A stretch of 63,496 bases of DNA, counting the filler, from Craspedostauros australis (lineage: Eukaryota), in assembly GCA_030167865.1 (NCBI GenBank). It is 10 parts of 10 records of this genome, joined end to end, with 100 filler letters (N's around TTAATTAATTAA, not from the genome) between each part and the next. Parts side by side here need not be neighbours in the genome. Positions count along the whole stretch, not along the records: positions 54,027 to 56,926 come from JALAGF010003298.1; positions 57,027 to 59,764 come from JALAGF010003299.1; positions 59,865 to 63,496 come from JALAGF010003304.1; 7 more parts are not named here. One strand, given 5' to 3'. The position numbers and the translations under genes were made by a program. Shown here in pieces: positions 56,709-63,496 of this stretch. The stretch's first letter is position 1. Every line of letters begins with the position of its first letter. The notes below the pieces were generated by a model, which was not told the origin of the DNA, did not search any database, and saw only the letters and a list, made by a program, of their open reading frames with translations.

Positions 56709-56926
56709 GGGAACTATATGCTCCTCAGATCCTTTTACTACAACTTACCTTGATTCCCTTCATGCTGATGACTACTGCACCACTGCTGTAGTCTTAACGC
56801 GTGTATCCAACCTGCTTCAACTCAAGCAATGGAATCCGAGAACCAGCTCCAACCACAGCCACTGCTTCATGGTCGTCACTGCCATGTGCCATGATCTACA
56901 CTGCAGTGTATCTACGTGTGTGGAGA

Positions 56927-57026
56927 NNNNNNNNNNNNNNNNNNNNNNNNNNNNNNNNNNNNNNNNNNNNTTAATTAATTAANNNNNNNNNNNNNNNNNN
57001 NNNNNNNNNNNNNNNNNNNNNNNNNN
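56927..57026. other. Artificial contig spacer
   Basis: N44-TTAATTAATTAA-N44. Confidence 0.98.
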
Positions 57027-57986
57027 CCCATATTGAGTTTCGGAAAGATGGGCGATATACGTACCATCTTGGAACCATCCCTACAGGGCGAGCCGATAAC
57101 TACAGATCCTTCCGTATTCCATGACTTCGAAAGCCCGCAATACCGTGCTCTCTACTGGTTGGGGAACGTCGACAGCTCAGATCTGGATCTCGCCAACACG
57201 GCGCATGAGGTGGTCGTGGAGCGATACGCTCTGGCTGTGCTCTACTATGCCACAGCTAGCAGCGATCTTTGGAATACGACCGCGCCGTTTCTATCAGCTT
57301 CGTCCGCTTGTGAATGGTGGGACAACGACAAGGGTGTGAGGTGCAACGACGAAGGGTTCGTCACTTCCGTCATGCTTTCGGCGGTTGGCGTGAACGCTGA
57401 TCCGTTCCCCTCGGAGATCGCTCTTCTGGAACACCTGACCATTTTGGAAGTCTCTAACAATTACATCTTCGGGCATTTTCCCACCGAAATTGGAAAACTG
57501 TCTCTGCTTGAGGAGATCAACTTCTCCTCGAACGCAATCACCAGCACGATCCCGACAGAATACGGAGACCTTTCAAGTCTCGTGATTCTTGATCTCAGTT
57601 TCAACCACATCAAGGAGGGGATTCCGTCAGAGCTCGGGCGCTTGTCATTGTTGGTGGAGCTTTCTTTGCAGGGCAACAAGATCACAGGACTGTTGCCATC
57701 CGAGATTGGCGAGCTATCCCAGCTCACTTCCATCGATCTCCACGCCAACAAGCTTGTGGGAGAGGTCCCGTTCCAATGGCGGAACCTGACGAACTTGGTC
57801 GAACTGGAATTGAAGATGAACTCAATCACGGGCAATCTCAGCGAGGTATTCTGCGATGGATCGGCCGAATTCATTTCGTTTTCTTCGGATTGCATGGAAC
57901 TTGCAGACATCAGTCACCCTCCAGAGACCGAGTGCGCATGCTGCACGCAGTGTTGTGATCGGATCGACGAGTGCTTGCCTGTGTGA
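57027..57986 (+). CDS. 3' part of the same LRR gene (second module), on an overlapping inverted contig
   Basis: 57027-57690 is the reverse complement of 54027-54690. The frame continues to ...ECACCTQCC...CLPV*. Confidence 0.88.
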   Translation, partial: PILSFGKMGDIRTILEPSLQGEPITTDPSVFHDFESPQYRALYWLGNVDSSDLDLANTAHEVVVERYALAVLYYATASSDLWNTTAPFLSASSACEWWDNDKGVRCNDEGFVTSVMLSAVGVNADPFPSEIALLEHLTILEVSNNYIFGHFPTEIGKLSLLEEINFSSNAITSTIPTEYGDLSSLVILDLSFNHIKEGIPSELGRLSLLVELSLQGNKITGLLPSEIGELSQLTSIDLHANKLVGEVPFQWRNLTNLVELELKMNSITGNLSEVFCDGSAEFISFSSDCMELADISHPPETECACCTQCCDRIDECLPV

Positions 57987-58426
57987 CCACAATTCGTCCC
58001 TTGGATCGCCAATGGTGCATCTGGCCATGGTGCGGCGGGCAGCACATGATCCATTCGTACCACTTTGCTCTGTGGCGTTGCATTGCAAATGGAAGGACTC
58101 GCGCGTTCAGAAGTGCCGTTGTTTCGACGTTTTCGATCCACCAACACCCTTCACACTACTGCGACCTAATCCACATTTAATTACTGACGAGTATCATGGA
58201 CTAGTGCGCTTGTTGGAATGTGCTGCTGTGCGTTGCCAGTGCTCGCAAAGGATACGAGTACGGAGAGGACAGCGCTCCGCCAACTTTCATCGGTGCAAGT
58301 TGCCGTCAAGACGAGGTAAGGCGAGAACAACTCGAGTTCGTGAGGGCGGAATTGCTGCCTTGCTGATCGACCGTGCGCGGGTTGTTCATTTCCCCCTGAT
58401 CTTGATTTGAATGGAGGTGGTTGTAA

Positions 58427-59764
58427 GGGTCATAATTTCATAACTGGTCAGCCTCGTTCACCCCGATTTCAAGTCACGACCATCAGTCCCGTAGACAAAT
58501 CTGCCCCAAAAGACTAAATCAGTGTCCGCCAATCCATCGAGTCCTTCCCCGCACCACCATTTCTCTGCATGGCCACTTTCCTTGTATGACCCCGTTCGGG
58601 GTTGTCATGTTGTCATTTGCGGATTGTTGAGATACGCACTTAGTTCATCCTCTTATGTTGTGGAGAGTATAGTTTATTTTTCATACCATAGGATGAGTCA
58701 CTGTGCTCCATTGTATTATATAATATTATGCTGCATAGTTAGTATTCGCAAGTGTTGCTGTTGCCGTGAACGTAGGCGTGGACGTGCAGGGATGCCACAA
58801 ACAACACTGTGCTACTTGACACAACGCACACAAGGGAGGAAGCACACAACAGAGCCCAATCGTCCACAATGTGAGGAATCAATGCAACACCAAAGCTCTC
58901 ACAACATCACGACCCACACTGTTGGATACCATCGCAGTCTGATATCGACCAACAGCGACGGCATCATTTCTGTCCACAGTGAGCACAAGCCATGCACTTG
59001 TGTTGTAAGAGCTATCTACATATATCTAACCCTAATGGACAACATGCCACATAGATTGCTAAAAATGTCATGTTGTCCGATTCAATATTGGCAGGATGAT
59101 ACTCAACCTCGCTGAATGGGGCTGTATGCTGACACATCCACAGCTCCAGTTTTGCACATCTCTTGCTGCTTCACACATTCACAAATATATGTGTCTTGCC
59201 CAAGTGCAGTGTTCAACTTCCGTATACCAGATGGATGCGTATGTTTGTACATATGTGTTGCTCCTCGCCATCCGCAGTTCATCTCCATACTACTCACTTT
59301 GAGTTGCCACTTTCCTGCTTCCCCCGTCTTCCTTTCTCCATTGACTGTGCTGCTGGTGTTCACTCCTTCATTCATTGAATGCTCAACGTACCTATCCCAA
59401 CTATCGCAGCATTCAGTGCAATCGTCGGCTCAGCAATCGTCTCATTGTCAATGCTTTGATGATACAAATGGCCATTGTAGCTTCCCACTCGCACCTTCTT
59501 TGCTTCTGGGCATCATTGATGCATTCCACATCTTCCTTTGCTTTCTTCTCAAGAGCCATCACTTTGTACGTCAGGTTACAATTGTCATCCATAGTCCCTG
59601 TTTGACGAGAGTGCTCTTCCATTGCCTCGACTTCAGCCTCTGCCATGTCCATTGCTCTCCACATCCTCCAAGATCTCTTCCGACCTTCCAACGAAGGCAG
59701 ATCCTACCAGAAATGGTTCTTCAATTCTGACTTGGAAGTCAGATACTTCATTGCAATGGCAGTG
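58427..59764. mobile_element. CpG-depleted degenerate block, probable TE relic
   Basis: CA/TG-rich and CG-poor from about 58700; short coiled-coil-like remnant ORF 59413-59691 (-). The left boundary is uncertain. Confidence 0.35.
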
Positions 59765-59864
59765 NNNNNNNNNNNNNNNNNNNNNNNNNNNNNNNNNNNN
59801 NNNNNNNNTTAATTAATTAANNNNNNNNNNNNNNNNNNNNNNNNNNNNNNNNNNNNNNNNNNNN
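59765..59864. other. Artificial contig spacer
   Basis: N44-TTAATTAATTAA-N44. Confidence 0.98.
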
Positions 59865-62800
59865 GCCTCAGTTGGGTGCTCCAGATGGGATGCAAGATCT
59901 CTGATTGCATTCGCACACTCTGGTCCAACCTTCTTCATCATCCACAAGAGCTTGCCCACAATGGAACGATATCCCTTTCGATTCACTTCTGGATCTCCTT
60001 CCTTCGCTTTCTCAAGCGTGGTGGACGGGTATGCAGGTGTTTCAAAGAATCTGACTTGCTTGCCATGATGCGATTTGAACTCCGCAATCATCTGGCCTAC
60101 AAAGTCATCCATGTTCACCTCCAGGCACTTCCCATCCGAGTCTGTCAACTTTCGATACCAGACTCCGAGATGCTTCGTGAGTTCACCGAGATCCGTGATG
60201 TTGAATTTCTTTGCAATCTCCATCTTCACCCATTCCACGATATCCTCTTCTCCTCCGATGGCTGCATCATCGACGTACACAATGACCAAAGCTGCCACCC
60301 GTCCGTTGCGTTTGAGAGTGAACAGACATGGGTCTGCGAGGCTCTTGTCGAATCCGATCTGCACCAGAGCAATGGTAAACGTCTTCATCCATGCTCTTGG
60401 TGCTTGCACCGTCCCGTACACTGCTTTCAGCAGTCTCGCCACGTGTTCAGATCTGTATCTGGAGTTGTCCTTGCCTTCGAGATCTCCGTCCAGGAACCCT
60501 TCCGGAATCTCCACGTACACTTCCTCTTCGATGTGCGCGTTCAGGAAAGCTGCCTCCACGTCCAATGCTTCGATCACCCATCCAGGATTCGCCAGGCACA
60601 CTGCGAGCATCGTCCGGATCGTCGTGTCACTCGCCACAGGTGAGAAAGACTCCGTGAAATCAACTCCAGGAATCTGCTCATAGCCCTTCACCACCAATCT
60701 GGCTTTGTATCGAGTCGACCCATCCTGTTCCAGCTTCTTCACAAAGATCCATCTGGATTGCAAAGCGATCCTTCCATCCCCCATCCTCTTGCGATCCATG
60801 ATGGCCAGGCAATCGCGAATCCGAAAATTCTCGACCTCCTTCATCGCTGCCTTCTTCCACTCCTCGCAGTCGGGTCTGGACAGCGCTTCGCCAAGGGTCT
60901 TTGGCAGTCCAGGGTCGGAAGTCAAGGATGCATTGAACACAGCCAGGATCTTTCCATGTTTGAATCTGGTGTTGGGTTTGCCATCATCGATGTCGTCGAC
61001 TGTCATTGGCTGCCAGGTCGCCAGCCTTGCGCGCTCTCGATCCAGCTTTGTGCGTGGTTCTGCCTTGGCTCGTGGTGGAATCACAGGTTGCTCATCCAAA
61101 TCGACGGAGATCATGTCATCATCTTCCTTGGCTTCACTCTCATCGCTAACCAGCGGTCCTCCAGCATCGAGTAAGATGTCATACATGTTGTCCATGTCGC
61201 CATCACCGACCTCTTTATCGATGTCAAAGGTCTTGCCTTGGATGACTTCTTCGTCGTCGTCTGAGGGAATAACGTGGGGTATACCTTTGATCGACACCTC
61301 CTTGGCCCGTTTGGCGCCGCCCGTCACTCTGATCCCATCCATCTCACGCAAGATCGATTTCGGTTTTGTCTTCGACTTCACCGGAGATTCCAATGTCACC
61401 GCTTTCGTCGCGCCCTTCGTCGCATCGATGATATCCACTCCATCGGTCAGGTTCGATCCATGCCACTCCATCCAGTTTACATCTCTGGACAAGATCACCT
61501 TCTTTGTGTCCAGTTTGTACATCCTGTAGGTGTCGCCGGAATGGTTGTCGGCGTATCCGATCATCACTGCCTTGGTTGCTTTCGGACTCATCTTCGGTTG
61601 CTTCGTAGGGTCCTTGACGTACGCAATCCTTGCCCACTCTGTCAGGTTCTGGTAAAGCCTGGGAGTCTGCCCATAGAAGATTTCATCTGGACATCCCTTG
61701 CCTTTCTCCACCACAGTCAGGTTGTTGAGGCGGGTTGCTGTGTGAACGGCCTCCGCCCACAGCATTCCCTGTGATTCTGACGTCATCTTCGCATCCAGCA
61801 TCAAAGCCAGCGCCGAGTCTCGAATCGTAACAAAACCTCGCTCCACGACTCCATTCATCTGTGGGGTGTGGGGTGCGGTGTATTCCAGCTCGATCCCATG
61901 CTCGTCACAAATCCTCATCAGCTTGCTCTGGTTCTCTCCAGCGTTGTCGCACCGAATTGCATTCACCTTCAGTCCCGTTCCGTCTAGCTTCACTACCAAC
62001 TCTTTCACCTTCGCGGCCAGCTGGCTCTTTGCCTTGAGGAAATAACTCCACTTCTTTCTGGAGAACTCATCCACCACTAGCAACCAATAGTTGCTTCCCT
62101 TCGCCGTCTTTTTGTACGGTCCGGAGATGTCCAGAAAGAGGCGATCAGCCACCTTGGAGGCCTTCTCCATCGCCATCTTCCTTACTCCTTTGGCCTTGGC
62201 TTTTGCCATGGCGCATGCTTCGCAGGACTTCCACACTCCAGTGAGCTTCCATCCGGCTGCCGCTGCCGTTAGCTTGGTGTACCGCTCGTTGGGATGCCCC
62301 AAGATACGATGCGCGCGATTGATGTCCATCACCGTCTTCCTCGCACTATCTCCTTTCTTCTCCGCCTGCATCACCGCTCTGGCTAGTTTTGGTTGCGGCT
62401 TGCACTTCAGGAAGTAGAGATCTGCTTCTCCATGTCCTGGTTCCCTGTGGAAGATCATTTGGTTCTTCATGTCTGAATGGCCGATCTCGATGGTATCCCG
62501 CCTGCCCCGTATCTCACATCCTTTCTCCAGGAATATGGGAATACTGATGATGTTGTGGGCGAATCCTGGCACCACATACACCGTCTTCAGGACGAACTTG
62601 GTTCCTTCCACCGTCTCACCATGGAATTCTCCCACATGAGTTGGTGTCACCACCGTCCTGTCGCCAACCTGCACCGTTGTGTCTCTTCCTGCAGTCCTCA
62701 AGTTTCGGATATGGTCTGGCTTCCACACGACATGGCATGTCGCTCCAGTATCTGCCAGCCACTTATTCTCATCTCCGGCATCACGACTGTTTCCGCAGTT

Positions 62801-63496
62801 GCGGCAGGTCAAGTCCGACATGCCGACAAACATCCCAGAATCTCCGTCGCTCCTGTTGTTGCCATCAGGCTTGTTCTTCTCCGGGCAATCTTTTGCCTTG
62901 TGACCTTTCTTCTTGCATCGGAAGCACTTGATCCTCTGCAGGTAGCTGTCATCGTTGTTGGCCTGTCCAGCCCAACAGTCTGCTGCCTTGTGGCCGTATT
63001 TGCCACACTTGGTACATGTTCCTTTGTACCTGCCAAACCTCCTGCCGACCTGGGATGTGAATGCTTGGTTCGCTGACCCAACTCCATCACCTCCCTCATC
63101 GCCAACCTTGCGTTTCCAGAATCTGATGAGAGACTTCCGCAGAGTGTCCCACTTCAGGTCACCGTCGTTGAGTTCCCTGTCCAATGTGGTCTTGAGTTCG
63201 CTGTAGATCGATTCCGGAAGATTCACCATGACGTGTGCGATGCAATCGTCGTCGCTCTTGGTCACTCCGAAATCCTTCAGCTCCTTCACGATGCGGTTGA
63301 TGCGCATCATCCACTGACTTGGGTCCTCATCTGGCGGGTTCAGTGTACAAGTGGTGAACTCGTTCAGCTTCGATACCTTATCCGCCTTGTCTCTTGGGGC
63401 GTATCTGTCCTGAAGTGCGGTCAACGCTGCCACTGCGTCACCCTTCGGTTGGTGGTCAGTCTTGCAGTCTCGCACGATGCTCCTTGCCAGCCCATC
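59865..63496 (-). mobile_element. Ty1/copia LTR retrotransposon gag-pol polyprotein (both ends outside the contig/window)
   Basis: One open frame of about 1200 aa: gag, two CX2CX4HX4C knuckles, protease WLADTGATCH, HHCC (HRILGH...CEAC), integrase core (LDISGP, RCDNAGE, NGVVER), then RT (YKARLVVKGY, LDVEAAFL, VYVDD). The PR-IN-RT order is diagnostic of copia. Confidence 0.97.

Noticed and set aside
54027..57690. Large biological inverted repeat or inverted gene duplication
   Set aside because: Both copies start exactly at contig edges and appear identical, which is best explained as an unmerged overlap.
58424..58594. TAA|GGGTCATA...TATGACCC as a small Harbinger/MITE element
   Set aside because: Only an 8-bp inverted match with no TSD on the right. 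It could be one end of a larger element but cannot be supported.
3887..59864. Recurring TTAATTAATTAA as a biological repeat or CRISPR-like array
   Set aside because: Always centred in 44+44 Ns: an artificial all-frame stop linker. Gene adjacency across these spacers should not be read as linkage.
1..63496. tRNA, rRNA or CRISPR loci
   Set aside because: No cloverleaf with a valid T-arm context, rRNA signature or repeat-spacer array was seen by eye. tRNAscan-SE or Infernal would be needed to exclude them.

Overview
Eukaryotic nuclear DNA, almost certainly a diatom: GT-AG introns, a silicanin-like gene, diatom-type LRR membrane proteins and Ty1/copia elements. The window is not contiguous. It is ten contigs joined by artificial 100-bp spacers (N44-TTAATTAATTAA-N44), and two contig pairs overlap each other. 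Ordinary genes: CDC123 (partial, missing from the ORF track), an SVOP-like MFS transporter, a duplicated class I/II aminotransferase, lipoyl synthase, an ERdj3-like DnaJ head-to-head with a secretory STI1-like protein, a TPT-family transporter, a silicanin-like protein, a large STAND/AAA_16 ATPase, a DUF1499-like protein, an HtrL/YibB-like protein, a Sen1/MAA3-like helicase N-terminus, a GT47 exostosin and TenA. Mobile DNA: an uninterrupted copia polyprotein, a copia 3' end with PPT and LTR, a 528-bp TA...TA element with a 5-bp TSD that disrupts an LRR gene, and CpG-depleted relic blocks. Most notable: (1) a tandem array of at least 4 diverged Myb/SANT-like (Harbinger ORF1-like) genes with no transposase, carrying a positionally conserved ARKS-like (histone H3K9/K27-like) motif and a C-terminal coiled coil; (2) a possible remote SPIDR/DUF4502 homologue; (3) the non-canonical TA...TA insertion. 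Family assignments come from motif recognition by eye, not database searches.
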